Under the pieces are notes generated by a model that made no database searches, was not told the origin of the DNA, and saw only the letters and a program-made list of their open reading frames with translations. A DNA stretch of 62,653 nucleotides, filler included, from Barthelona sp. PAP020 (lineage: Eukaryota), in NCBI GenBank assembly GCA_040182905.1. It is 14 parts of 14 records of this genome, joined end to end, with 100 filler letters (N's around TTAATTAATTAA, not from the genome) between each part and the next. Parts side by side here need not be neighbours in the genome. Positions count along the whole stretch, not along the records: positions 27,250 to 31,672 come from JARQWU010000674.1; positions 31,773 to 36,150 come from JARQWU010000675.1; positions 36,251 to 40,624 come from JARQWU010000676.1; positions 40,725 to 45,049 come from JARQWU010000677.1; 10 more parts are not named here. The stretch is one strand, 5' to 3'. Every line of letters starts with the position of its first letter. Within the stretch, counting starts at the first letter, position 1. Positions 31,041-42,907 of this stretch are shown in pieces. The position numbers were made by a program, and so were the translations under genes.

Positions 31041-31301
31041 ATGAAGATTAAAATTAAATCAAAAACGATTGTTGGAGAATGGGTTTATAATGTTTTGTCA
31101 GATACATGTTCTATTTGCCAAGCAGAATTACAAGCACCTTGTCCGCATTGTAAAATTCCCGGTGAAGATTGTCCCATTATTACAGGAAAATGCACACATT
31201 CTTTCCATAAACATTGTATGAATGAATGGATTTCCAGTGGTCAACGAGATTGTCCCCTTTGCAGAAGTAAATGGGAGGCTGAAGTATTTGTGACAGATTA
31301 A
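31041..31301 (+). CDS. APC11: APC/C subunit 11 (RING-H2)
   Basis: MKIKIK..W...DTCSIC...[26 protein letters not shown]...CPLCR..W. Confidence 0.92.
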   Translation: MKIKIKSKTIVGEWVYNVLSDTCSICQAELQAPCPHCKIPGEDCPIITGKCTHSFHKHCMNEWISSGQRDCPLCRSKWEAEVFVTD

Positions 31302-31440
31302 AAATAAATTATTAATGCAAAAAAGAATATTTATAAATTTTTTGTTTTGTTTTGTTTTTTTTATTGAAAATTTTTAATGAAATGATCATTAAACAAATAT
31401 GTATTACAGAAGAATAAAAAAAAAATTGAACTACCAACAT

Positions 31441-31672
31441 TTAATTGTTTTTCATATCTGCTAATTTAGTTGAAACGACTGCTCTATTAAAAAATGAACC
31501 AACTCTATTTTTCATAGGGTTGGCAACCATACCATTTGCGGGTGCAGTAAAAGAATGACTTTGCCTTTTTTGTTGTTGTTTTCTCAAAGTTTCCAATTGA
31601 AGTTGTTGTTGCTTTTTCTTTTCTTCTCTTTGTCTTTCTTTTTCTTCACGAATTGCACGCATTTGAGCAGTA
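31441..31672 (-). CDS. 3' end of a hypothetical coiled-coil protein, partial
   Basis: Open, charged frame from the contig end to a TAA stop. Confidence 0.5.
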
Positions 31673-31772
31673 NNNNNNNNNNNNNNNNNNNNNNNNNNNN
31701 NNNNNNNNNNNNNNNNTTAATTAATTAANNNNNNNNNNNNNNNNNNNNNNNNNNNNNNNNNNNNNNNNNNNN

Positions 31773-32049
31773 TACAAAACGTGCTTATCATCGTGATTTG
31801 GAAAATAATTCAGTTGAAGAAGAGCCATTTTATATCAAAGAAGAAGATGAAGCTTTGATTGCTTTAAGTTCTCACGTAGTCACATTTGAAACTGAATTTG
31901 GTAAGAATCCAAGTTCTTCTTTTGAGGAAAGTGTTCTTTTAGAAGGTGTAATGATGATTCTTGAGCCACAGGACTTGAAAGAAGCAGGTAATGCATTGTT
32001 GGATGAAAATGTTGAGTTTGACCCTGACAACTTCTTTGGCACATCATAA
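31773..32049 (+). CDS. 3' end of a hypothetical acidic protein, partial
   Basis: Open frame from the contig start to a TAA stop, convergent with the next gene. Confidence 0.55.
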
Positions 32050-32079
32050 AAATAAAGTAAATGTTTACAAAAATTCTTT

Positions 32080-33456
32080 TTACAAAAATTTTTTCAAACT
32101 TTTCAAGGCATCCAAAAATGCCAAACAATCACTTTCATTTGTTGAATAACCAACAGAAACACGAACAGTTCCAACAGACTTTTCATTAAAAAGTTCACAA
32201 AACTCTGTACATTCATAAATATCCCGCATATCTTGACTAGAAAGATCACACCATCTCATGCAAGCCCCAGGATTACACATAATTCCTCCTCTAATGTTAA
32301 TACCTCTCTCTGCAAATTTTTTAACCACAAAACTCCAATTAATAAAGGAACCATTGGGTCTATAAACGTTAAAAGCTATACATGGGCCTTGTTTGACCAT
32401 ACAAGGAAAATTACCGTATATTTTCACCAATTTTTGACCATTTTCGTAATTAAGTTGATCCATTCTTTCATATAACCAGAAAGCAACATCAGTAGTATAT
32501 TTATGAATAGAAGACAGGCCGTTAAAACGAGAAATTAACTCAAATCCATCCTTTATTGATAAAATAGCATGTACATTAGGCGTCCCATCTGCAAACTGAT
32601 TGATATCCTTCAAAGGAATAGGTGAATAACCTAAGGGAAGAACAGTGCCTCCACCAAAGTATTTCTTGTGGTCTAACAAATTATCTTTAAGAATCTCATT
32701 ACGAACAACAACACATCCAAGACCCATGGGAAAACCAAAAATTTTATGAAATGAAAACACTGTGAAATCAGCATTCACCTCTTGTAAAGACAATGGTGTG
32801 TGAGGTATCAACGCTGTTGCATCTAAAAGAGTCAACCATTTTGAATTTTTCCTGTTGTCATTGTCATCAAGCAACTTATTCTTAATGTGATCAATAATTG
32901 ACAAATCAAATTGAATGCCAGATAAATTACAAGCCCCTGGAATAGCAAACAAATTATAAGTTGCACTTTGATCATCTTCAAATAAAATTGAATTTTCTTC
33001 AATAGAATTATTCTTCAACATTTCATCAATTTCTTCAGGAGTTATAACATCAAAATGGCTATAAAAAGCCTGAATTCCAAGAATTGAAGAATGATTTGTG
33101 TCTAAACATACAAAACGCGAATCTCCAGATTTTCTAACACTTTCTCCGATTAATTTGGCTGCTGCTGTTGCACCGCTTGTGAAAATAACACTATGAGTAT
33201 CTTTAGAAACATTAAAAAACTGCAAAACCAAATCTTTAGCATCATCTAAAGGAGAAATTTTGGCATCCGTTTCAGAATGGGGATTTTTCAATAAGCTTGT
33301 TGTCAATGTTTTTTGAAAATTATCAATTTGAGTCTTTGTATAAAGATTTGTTCCATTAAAATCCAAATATACACTTGATAAATGTGGTAATTCTTCTTCT
33401 CTAAATTGTTCTAAATCGATGTCGAAATCGTACGTTGGAAATGCTGAGTTTGACAT
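32080..33456 (-). CDS. Molybdenum cofactor sulfurase-like class V PLP enzyme (NifS-like domain only)
   Basis: VYLD, NPHS, FTSGATAA, SFHKIFGFPMGLG (PLP lysine), YFGGGTV, DGT, CNPGAC and VRVSVGY. No MOSC domain. Confidence 0.85.
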   Translation of the reverse strand: MSNSAFPTYDFDIDLEQFREEELPHLSSVYLDFNGTNLYTKTQIDNFQKTLTTSLLKNPHSETDAKISPLDDAKDLVLQFFNVSKDTHSVIFTSGATAAAKLIGESVRKSGDSRFVCLDTNHSSILGIQAFYSHFDVITPEEIDEMLKNNSIEENSILFEDDQSATYNLFAIPGACNLSGIQFDLSIIDHIKNKLLDDNDNRKNSKWLTLLDATALIPHTPLSLQEVNADFTVFSFHKIFGFPMGLGCVVVRNEILKDNLLDHKKYFGGGTVLPLGYSPIPLKDINQFADGTPNVHAILSIKDGFELISRFNGLSSIHKYTTDVAFWLYERMDQLNYENGQKLVKIYGNFPCMVKQGPCIAFNVYRPNGSFINWSFVVKKFAERGINIRGGIMCNPGACMRWCDLSSQDMRDIYECTEFCELFNEKSVGTVRVSVGYSTNESDCLAFLDALKSLKKFL

Positions 33457-33639
33457 GGAAAAAAATATTTTTGTATCTTAATCATTCAAATCAGACAATA
33501 TCTATTTTCTTTACTTATCTTTAAAACATAATCAACACCTTTCCATACTTCAAAATAATTTCACTGAAACAAAGTGAAAAAGGAAGATTTTTTCAACTAA
33601 ATTTTTAAAAAATAACTGTAATTTACAAATGTTTATCAA

Positions 33640-34452
33640 TTAATTATCAGCACTTGTCTGCTTCACAGAATTGAACTCAATTTCTTCTTCCACTTTTCCT
33701 TCATCTGGATTTTCAGTTTCCTTTTCGGATGTTGAATAAATTTGTTGTTGACTATTTGAACCAACCGTAGCAACAAAATCAGTGCATACTCTTTCACAAT
33801 CTTGCATTTTTGAACGAATGGTGGTGATAGTTCCCAACATTTTTTCCAATTCCTCCAAAGTATTCTTCATGTCTGCTTCAATTGTGATTTCTGAAGAATC
33901 TAAGGTTTCAGCATTTTGAATGTTAAGAATCCTTGCTCTTAGATCAATCAATTCTTTATTTTGGCGATCAAGTGTTGTGTTCAAAGATAAATTTTCGGTA
34001 ACTTTTAGATTTAATTTTTCATTCAATAAATCATTGGAATTAGAGAGTTCTTCATTCATTAAACGTGAGTTTTTTAAAGATTCTGTTAATTTAGCCAAAT
34101 TAATCTCAAATTCATTGATCTTTTGAACAGAAGCAATATTCTTTTCATGCAAATCATCTAATTGTTTCTTATATGTATCATTTTGATCAATTAAAATGGA
34201 ATTTTTTATTTCTAATTGTTCTTTGGCTTCTTGAAGAGTTGTTAATTGTTTGCGTAAATCAACAATAATTTTTTGGTCTTCATTGGTTTGCTTTTCCATT
34301 TCAACAGTTAATATTTCCGTTGATTCTTGAAACTCTTGAAATGTTTTTGTCATTTCGATCAAATCATTTTCTTTCTGCAACAGTTTTTGTTGCAAACTTT
34401 CAACAGTCTCCAAAGACTTGTCAACATTAGTCTCTTCAATTACTCCCATCAT
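33640..34452 (-). CDS. NudE/Nde1-like coiled-coil protein
   Basis: FQEFQESTEILTVEMEKQ resembles the NudE motif EFQEGSRELEAELE, followed by a long coiled coil. Confidence 0.55.
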   Translation of the reverse strand: MMGVIEETNVDKSLETVESLQQKLLQKENDLIEMTKTFQEFQESTEILTVEMEKQTNEDQKIIVDLRKQLTTLQEAKEQLEIKNSILIDQNDTYKKQLDDLHEKNIASVQKINEFEINLAKLTESLKNSRLMNEELSNSNDLLNEKLNLKVTENLSLNTTLDRQNKELIDLRARILNIQNAETLDSSEITIEADMKNTLEELEKMLGTITTIRSKMQDCERVCTDFVATVGSNSQQQIYSTSEKETENPDEGKVEEEIEFNSVKQTSADN

Positions 34453-34754
34453 CAATCACAAAATATTTTAATCAAAAATTACTTGATTTAATTCTTTCTT
34501 TTGTGTAATATTTGTCTTATTTTTGATCAAAATATAGAACCTAGCAATTTATAATTGAGAATCAGATAACAAAATTTGCCACAAAAATTTCTATGAATAA
34601 ACACCCAAAAATATTCATTTTTACACAAATGAAACAAAGGAAATACCTATTTTTAAAATTTTAAATATTTTTGAAATAAAAAAATCCAGACCAAAATCCA
34701 AGGAAAGAAGGAAATAAATTTCCAAGCCACATTTCATTTTTTATTTTCATTTAA

Positions 34755-35066
34755 ATGTCTTCTCCCTTCACTGTTGGATTATTTGGTTGTTTTTCTGACC
34801 TTTCCATTTCTTTGATTACTTATTTTGTTCCTTGTTACACCACTGCCAAAACTTGGGCTATGTTGGATGGTAATCGTGAATGCACTTTCTGTGATTGTTT
34901 GATGGCCAATCCTGCTCAAGCATACTTTATTAGAAAAAGAATTCGCAGTTATAATGGTTCATATTATGATGATTGTGGAGATTGTTGTGCTGTTTCATTC
35001 TGTTCTTGTTGTGCCAATGTACAAGTTTATATCACTGCTGATCACATGTTGAGAAACAATTACTAA
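34755..35066 (+). CDS. PLAC8-family cysteine-rich protein
   Basis: GLFGCFSD, VPC, RKRIR and DCCAVSFCSCCANVQ. Confidence 0.9.
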   Translation: MSSPFTVGLFGCFSDLSISLITYFVPCYTTAKTWAMLDGNRECTFCDCLMANPAQAYFIRKRIRSYNGSYYDDCGDCCAVSFCSCCANVQVYITADHMLRNNY

Positions 35067-35362
35067 AATTTTTTGAAAATATTCTAAATATTTAATTTTT
35101 ATAAATAGATATTTGTTTATTGTGTGCATTTTCAAGTTCTGAAATGGTCAAACAAAATTGGAAAAAAAAATTTCAGATTACTTTTTTCCAAAAAAAAAGA
35201 AGACTTTTACATGTCAATCGAATAAGTATAAACTCATCTTTTATTATTTTCAAAAAAAAGTGATTTGTATTAAAAATAGCGGTTTAAAAGTTTTTAATTT
35301 TTTTAAAATTTTCGATTAAAAGGAAAAAATCCTTACAGTTTTTTTTCTGTTTATTCATTAAG

Positions 35363-35665
35363 ATGTCTGATCCTTTTGCTGAAATTGGTGTTTTTGGTTG
35401 TTTGGGTGATATTCCCACTACTATTAAAGCTTGTATCCTCCCTGGTATGGTTAATGCTGAAACCCTTGCCAAGATGGAAGATAACAGAGAATGCTCCATT
35501 TGTGATTGTTTAACTGGTGGTGCTGAAGGATATCGTATCCGTAAGCGTATTCGTCACGAAAAGGGTGGAAAGAAATATGATGATCTTATGGACCTCGTTT
35601 GTGTTGGTTGCTGCAGCATTTGCGTTACTGTTCAAAACGCCAGAGTTGTTCAAAAGATGTACTAA
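35363..35665 (+). CDS. PLAC8-family protein, tandem paralog
   Basis: GVFGCLGD, RKRIR and DLVCVGCCSICVTVQ. Shares DxNRECxxCDCL with the neighbouring gene. Confidence 0.9.
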   Translation: MSDPFAEIGVFGCLGDIPTTIKACILPGMVNAETLAKMEDNRECSICDCLTGGAEGYRIRKRIRHEKGGKKYDDLMDLVCVGCCSICVTVQNARVVQKMY

Positions 35666-36540
35666 TTTTTTTGATGTTTACCATTGTGTATTTTGCCTTT
35701 GTGTGTGATGTGTAAATAATCACTATATTTATTTTTTCTTTTTTTTAATGTGAAACAAGTTTGCAGAAATAAACTAATGGATAAAAGACAAATACACAAC
35801 ATTTTTTCACAAAGTTTGAGTTCATTAATCAAAATAAACAAATGAACCACAATCAAATAAATTTGGTTCAATTTAGATTGAACAATAAAAAGAAATATGT
35901 TTTCGTACATAAGTGCAGATATCTGAGTGAATCAAGCGACAAAAGGAAATTGTTACACGTTTCTATAAATACCGGCCCATCCAAACCGGAAGCATTTCTT
36001 TTTCTTTTTTTAAGAGTGTTCTGAAGTGTTCGTAGCAAAGCGGACGGATTCCACGTAAAAGACAATATAAATGTGTTTAAGGTTTCTTCTTGCAATTTCT
36101 GATATTAATGGATATCAAAATTGAAAGTGAAATAACAACAAAGAATCAAANNNNNNNNNNNNNNNNNNNNNNNNNNNNNNNNNNNNNNNNNNNNTTAATT
36201 AATTAANNNNNNNNNNNNNNNNNNNNNNNNNNNNNNNNNNNNNNNNNNNNTTCAAATTTTGAAGAAAGACAATATGATAAAATACCTAAGCAAATATTAC
36301 ATTCTTTATGTGTTTCCAATAACGCAAAATGGTTCTTAAGACCAGGTAAAATATAAATGAGTAATTTTTTTTTATTTCTTTCAAAAGATCAAAATAGAGA
36401 AGACAAAAGCAGAGAAAGATAGAATAAAATGCATTTAATTGAAAAAAATGATTAAAATTGCAAAAATTGAATAAATCAATTATGGTTGGTAAACAGTTCA
36501 AATGTATTAACATGAAATAGAAATTATATTTCAATTGAAC

Positions 36541-37278
36541 ATGAAAAACCCGATTAAAAACTATTCTTGGCTATCTTTTGGGAGTTGTTTGCTTGTGGAA
36601 ATTCTAATTTTTGGATCACTAATATTATATAATGTTCTTCATTTAGGCCCGTTTATTATCCCAACAATATCAACTATACAACAAAATAGTCCTTTCAGCT
36701 TTGTTTTTTTAATAACTTTCATTTTTTTATACTATCGAATCATTGTTCAATGTTTAACATTCAATAATGGATTTAAAAAGATTTATTTAATATCAAATGA
36801 CTCAACAATAAACACCAAATTGGTTTATTTTGGAGAGATTGTATGCGGTGTCATTGGACAATTATCTCTGCCTCTTTTGGCTGTTTGTAGATTAGACATT
36901 AGCAGTGAAGGGCATTTCTTTTTTGCCTACATGTTCTATTTCATGGCTGCAGTAAATATGACAATTAGAACCTATATACTAGCAAAATCAGTTTTTGTTG
37001 AACAGTTTCATGTCACATCAAAAAAGAGAATTGCTTTTAAGAAGACAATAGTTGTAATTTTTGGTGTTACAACTTTAATTTTTGCTATAACCAGACAATT
37101 ATGCAGAAATTCTTCATTGCAGAACCTTTTATTATGTGACCTTGCAGGTTTTTTTCAGTATTTAAGCTTCTTTTCTTTGATAATTCACATCCAATCAACA
37201 ACATATGAAGAGAATACGATAACTTACGAAATTGATAATCATCAAGCTTTTTTGAAACAAACTCCCTTAATTGTATAA
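36541..37278 (+). CDS. Multi-pass membrane protein, possibly Frag1/DRAM/Sfk1-like
   Basis: About 6 hydrophobic segments, with PTIS after TM1 and HFFFAYMFY. Confidence 0.55.
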   Translation: MKNPIKNYSWLSFGSCLLVEILIFGSLILYNVLHLGPFIIPTISTIQQNSPFSFVFLITFIFLYYRIIVQCLTFNNGFKKIYLISNDSTINTKLVYFGEIVCGVIGQLSLPLLAVCRLDISSEGHFFFAYMFYFMAAVNMTIRTYILAKSVFVEQFHVTSKKRIAFKKTIVVIFGVTTLIFAITRQLCRNSSLQNLLLCDLAGFFQYLSFFSLIIHIQSTTYEENTITYEIDNHQAFLKQTPLIV

Positions 37279-37457
37279 ATATTGGAAATTTGTCTTTTCA
37301 AAAAAATTTTAATAAAATAACAATTTTTTGGCCTTTGTTGATTTATAAGAAGTTGGATAAGAGAACATCAGCAAATTTGTGCAGATTTGCATGAAATTTT
37401 GAGCTGGTACAGCGAAATTTTCAACATCTGAACATATCCAACTCGAACAGGTTTCAA

Positions 37458-37669
37458 TTATTAGATATTTATGAGGCATGAATTGTTCAGTGAACAACGA
37501 AACGAGTTAGCTTAAGGTTTGGGAAAAACTCACGTGGATTCAGATGCCCAAATAACTTAAAAAATTGGACCTAAAGATGGTCAAGAAACAACAAAATAAA
37601 GGAAGTGATATTTGATGACCTCTTTATATCTCCAATAAATTCCGTTCATTGAGCATGAACTTCTACATT
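37458..37669 (+). repeat. Repeat family A, copy 3, abutting a family E fragment
   Basis: Colinear with 26565-26774. Confidence 0.92.
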
Positions 37670-37932
37670 AACAAATCTGATTCAATTCAAGAAATGAATG
37701 AAAAATTTCATCATTCTTTAGCTTTCATTTTAGAAAGGAAAGATTAATTTTCTTAAACAAATAATTCCTTCATTTATTTTAAATGCAAACTATTATAAAT
37801 AATTTTAATTTAATTTAATATATTTTTTTTTAATTTATTTTTCAGTCTTTCAGAATCCCAATTTCCATAAAGAAACAAATAACTGATCAAAACTATTCAA
37901 ACAAACAAACGTGCGTAATTTTTCATTTTTAT

Positions 37933-38210
37933 TTATTTCCAAGCCAAGAAGCCTGTGCGTATGAGTGAATAAAAAGAATAGTGTTTATTTGGTTAAAGGC
38001 TTTCGAGGCCCGAATGATCTGTTGAAAAACTTTAGATTTTCTAAGGTAAAGTTTAAACTTAAAATTTTGCTTTTGCAAAAATACAAAAAAATAGGAATGA
38101 TTAAGATTCAACTGCAACCACTCATTTTCTGTGGCTGAGATTTAATGAAATGAGTTTTCTCTGATTGCTTTTTCTTTGTAAATAAATATAGTTGTTTCAC
38201 AACTTGACCA
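37933..38210 (+). repeat. Repeat family B (about 280-310 bp)
   Basis: ttatttccaagccaagaagc...ggctttcgaggccc...gttgtttcacaacttgacca matches 61881-62188. Confidence 0.92.
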
Positions 38211-38827
38211 ATAATATACTTGAATACTAAAGAAACGCTTCATTTGAGAACATGAGAACAAAACTTTATTAACCCAATGGTATCACAATGAATTAGTTGT
38301 TGAAAAAAAATTTCTTTCCATTGTTTTAATTCTGTTCCTTTTCATTATAAACTCCAAGTCTGCTGAAAACAATTCTTTCCATTTCTTTTTTAAAAAAGGT
38401 CAACTTATACCATAAAATATAATATTGGTGCCCGAAATACAAGCAACAGAAGAATATTAGCACACTAGATCTTCACCAAATCAAAGAATTGTTAATTTCC
38501 CACATTATTGTTGAGATGACCACCATCAAAAATTCAAAAGAATATTTATGAATAAAATTTTTGAAATTCAGACCAATTGGGAAAAAAAAAAAAAAAATCA
38601 AAATATGAATTTTTTTAAAATTACCCCTTTGTGGCATTATACAACTCAAATCAAATTGCATTTCTTGCTAATAACAGTTAAAACAAAAAAAAAAAAAGAA
38701 ACAAAATGATGAAAAAAATTTCCAAAAAATTTTTCTTCAATCAATTGTTTTTTCGGTATGTTGTTGTGAACAAACTTTATTTATTTCACTTATTTATTTC
38801 TGTTTTTAGTTTCTAACATTTGAAGCA

Positions 38828-39101
38828 ATGGCTAAGTCAAAAAACCACACCGCTCATAATCAAACTAGTAAGGCTCATCGTAATGGTATGCCCAAACCTA
38901 AATTAAATAAGCTTCGTTCTCAAAAGGGAGTATGTTTTGAATGATTTATATTTTGTGTGTGTTTTCGCACAATTTTTGTTTTACTTTCGTTTTTTTGTTT
39001 TATTGAATGTCTAACTTTTCTAGGTTTATGCCAAGCTTCGTAAGAACACCAAATTTGCTCGTAAGCATATGAATTCCACTGAAGAAGAAGAAGAAGCCTA
39101 A
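38828..39101 (+). CDS. RPL29: 60S ribosomal protein L29 (eL29); exons 38828-38929 and 39024-39101
   Basis: The spliced product is [59 protein letters not shown]. The 94-nt intron is GTATGT...CTAACTTTTCTAG. Not present in the ORF track. Confidence 0.95.
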
Positions 39102-39665
39102 ACTTTTTTGTTTAGTCCGTAAGTCGTTTGACTTTGTCCAATTTTTCAGTTTGATATATATTGGTAAATGCGAAAAATCTTTTTTTATTTGTTGCTTGTT
39201 TTTTTCTTTTAAATTTAAGTTTTTTGTTTTTTTTCCCTTTCCTTTTTTGGTTAAATTCTTTTGGCGTTGCAATTTAAACCAAGTTGATAGTGTTGAGAGA
39301 TTGTTATCCATTGGGGTCATTGTAAAGTGGCAATTTTTGTTGAGATGTTTGAACAATTGTAACTATTCCAAACACTTTAATTTTTTGTATAAATGATGTG
39401 AAAATTTTGACAATATTGATGATTTTTTTTTATTTGTTTGTTGCAATTTTTTTTAAAAGTTCATTCTTCACACAGAAAGTGTACAAAACACAACAATTTG
39501 GATGCGATAGGATATCCTAAAAAAAAAAAACAACATTGAAATCCAAAATGATGTGATTTGGATGTGAATTGAATTGATCTCATCATGTTCGTAATTGCTT
39601 GAAATGTTATTCTATCAAAATATATTAACTTGTTTATTATTATTGAACATTTATTGAAAGAAAAA

Positions 39666-40220
39666 ATGCTGAAGCAATTTAATTCTGATTTGTATAAGAC
39701 TGAAATGTGTCGAAGATTAATTGAAAATGGGTATTGTGAGTATGGACCCAATTGTTTTTTTGCTCATTCCACCGATGAATTGCGACCAAGACAACATAAT
39801 TCCAAATATAAGACTGTTCTGTGTCGTTCTTTTTGGAATTCAGGATTTTGTCCATATGGTTTGAGATGTCATTTCAAACATGATGATTTGTCTTCTGATT
39901 ATGTCTATGGCAAACAGAGTCCATCAACATCACATAACTCCACCCAAGTAGTTTTAACAACATCTCAAAATATTGATTCATCAAATTATTTTTATGAGGA
40001 AAACAAAGATTGTACGTCAGTAAATATTGATTTCTTTGAAGATGTTTCTTTAATGGATACTAACGATCCTGAACCATTCACTGTACCTGTCGCTGTTCCA
40101 AATACTCCTGATATTTCTGAACTAACCGTTGATATGGATGAATTGATGGATGACAAGTTTAAAGAAGAAATTGACAATGATATTTTTCTGGATATTGGTA
40201 TTTCATTTTTAAGAATATAG
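39666..40220 (+). CDS. Tandem CCCH zinc-finger protein (TTP/TIS11 family)
   Basis: Two fingers, YKTEMC-x8-C-x5-C-x3-H and YKTVLC-x8-C-x5-C-x3-H, with an ELR linker. Confidence 0.92.
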   Translation: MLKQFNSDLYKTEMCRRLIENGYCEYGPNCFFAHSTDELRPRQHNSKYKTVLCRSFWNSGFCPYGLRCHFKHDDLSSDYVYGKQSPSTSHNSTQVVLTTSQNIDSSNYFYEENKDCTSVNIDFFEDVSLMDTNDPEPFTVPVAVPNTPDISELTVDMDELMDDKFKEEIDNDIFLDIGISFLRI

Positions 40221-40724
40221 CTCTTTAATAGTTTCTTCAATTGACAATTTTGACCATATTTATTTATTTTTTTTTTTTTGTATATTTTCTTGTATTTACC
40301 GCAATTTTGAGTTGTTTTTTATGAAAATGGTATAAATTTTGCATTTAATTTTTGATTTTTTTCATTTCTGTCATGATATTAAATAAATAAATAAATTAAA
40401 CAGTTTACCAAAGAATCGTCAAAAGGTCAATTTGGACAAAAAAAAAACGCAAAATAATTTATGTACATTTGACAAAAATGAATGAAAAATAGTCACTTTC
40501 ATATGTCTTTATCAAATATTTTAGTATTTATTGAGCTTGTTGACGAGGAGCACATCTGTGAATGGTATCACAACGAACAATTTGTTCAGCAGCTTCAGCG
40601 GCAGATAGAACAACTTGTGATTTGNNNNNNNNNNNNNNNNNNNNNNNNNNNNNNNNNNNNNNNNNNNNTTAATTAATTAANNNNNNNNNNNNNNNNNNNN
40701 NNNNNNNNNNNNNNNNNNNNNNNN

Positions 40725-42306
40725 CAAAAGTGTTCATAATAAAGAACTAGCAACTAATGTATTAAAAGCTGCTTTAATACCAGGTACAGCTGTTGAATTT
40801 GATTATATTACATGGCCTTTTGCCTTTCCCTTGGTCTTTAAACAGTTGTTTTTGAAATCACTCTTAGAATGCACTCAATATGTGCCAAAAACATCGATTG
40901 CAGATCCATACATCAGAATTTGTTTGTTATATGCATGTATTTCCATGTTTTTTACAGCCGATAATAACTATAGCTTGCCACAATCTGCTGTTATTCATTG
41001 TTGTAAGATCGCTGAAAGATATTCCTCAATCATGTCCAAAGAACAGTACATAGAATATTTATTTGAAACTATATTCCAAGGTTTAAGTTCAAACGATGAA
41101 TTGTTAGGGTTTTGTAAGCATTTTTGCATGCGTATTCTTTATGCAGATGAAGAAAATAAGTATTTTGGAAAACTAAGTGTTACTGGAGAGTTAAGTTTCT
41201 TGAGGTTGAGAAATTGGTTAAGAGATCATGATGAAGAATTGAACGATTTATCCGTTTACGTTGGAAGTTGGTGTCAAAATGCTGTGATTCCAGCCAAGCT
41301 TATTATGAATTTCAATAGACTTACTACATATATGTTAGGCAAGCCACAACTATCTCGAAAAAGCAATGATTCTTCTTTGTTAATGGATAATTTAACTCAG
41401 CTTCAAGATTACTTGTGGAATAGCGTTGAGATACCAGCAGACCATTTTCTTTATCGCTCAACAAATTTATTGACATCTGTCTTCTTGTTCGAGTTATATG
41501 CATTAAATCATGTGCGCACTTTATTTTTAAATCAACTCACTTCTTTAGCAGATGGTTTAGCAGGCAAAATATCCATCAGCTCAATGAATAATCTTATTCT
41601 TTATTCATTTTTAGATGCAGAGATTGCACCACCGATACTATTAAGAGCTTTGAAACCCTTGCTCTGGATTCATTGTCCTCCAACCATTCATTCCAAGGCT
41701 ATTGATGCTCGATTAGATTCCAGAATCAATTTAATTGAGTTAGCAGAGATTGTGTCTGAACAATACAGCATTTTCAGCAATTTTGTGGAAACAACTATCG
41801 ATTGCTCATCTCAAAAAGAATTCTTTCAACAGATTGAAGATATGAAAATTCAATTCTCTGCCCTCATATACAGAGATTTGTGGATTCAATATTTTTATAC
41901 GCATGCAAAAAGCATTTTAAAGTCTCGTGACGATGATGAATTATGTTTATTATTGATACCAGATGATTATTATATTGAATTAGATAATTGCACACGAAAA
42001 CTGATTGGGTTCAATAATTTTTGCTTGAAGAATTGTGTTATCATTAGAAACTCTGCTTTACAGGCCATAAATGAAATAAATCCCGTAGAAATCACATTTT
42101 CATTGGGGGCACACATCAATTTACCAAATCTCAATTTGCATGTGTGCAAAAAAGATACTTTGGAAAAGTTGAAACTAAAACACAAAACTTTCACATGTCG
42201 TTTGAAAAATTCAACAAATTCTTTCACTTTATTTCGTTATTTTACAAACTTTCCCTTTGAAATATTGTTAAGAATGGTTGAATATGTTGATTCAACATGT
42301 CTATAG
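40725..42306 (+). CDS. 3' part of a large protein, possibly a divergent dynein heavy chain C-terminus
   Basis: The frame is open from the contig start. SVFLFELYALNHVR...LTSLADGLAGKISISS resembles the dynein C-terminal helix pattern. Confidence 0.45.
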
Positions 42307-42907
42307 TTTTGAGAGAGAGAAAGAAAAAAAGATCACAGTTTTTTACAAGGCTATTATTTTTACCTGTCGATATTTTTGTTCTTCCTTTTTCCTTTCATAT
42401 GAAACTTTTCTGTTCCATACCGCAAAATTTTTGATCTTTATCAAGTGAAGTTCAAGAAACTTTGAATATTTAAGATAAATTTCAAGAATATCGGAGCCTT
42501 CAGGCTTTTTTTAACAATTAGTAGCGCAATATTTTCACACACAGCATACGTCAGCCCTCACCGCTGGAAAATCTGAGAAATAAAAGAGTTGAGATTTGGA
42601 AGTTCTTTTCAGGAACTGTGAATCCCTCCCTCGACATGAATAAAAATAAAGTTTCACAATTTACCAATCACCTGAGGCTTCTACCTCTAGTTTGGACAAC
42701 TCTCAGTTCATTAGCTGATAAAAATCTTTTTGTTTTATTCTTTCTATAAAAAGACTGATAAGTGGTCCATTCTTTTTAAATTTTCATCAAACTAAAAAGA
42801 ATTCAATGACTGATAATAGAAATGGAAACAAAAAAATAACAAAAATACCACATATTTACAAATACACATCCAAAAAAAAACAATCTTTGCTCTGACAATT
42901 TGACATT

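Noticed and set aside
38030..38075. Repeat B as a spliced-leader RNA gene (AAG|GTAAAG followed by Sm-like AATTTTG)
   Set aside because: The donor and Sm-like motifs are not kept in several copies (7441, 45450, 60020; the Sm-like site is altered at about 62010), and such motifs are common in AT-rich DNA. Transcript 5' ends would be needed.
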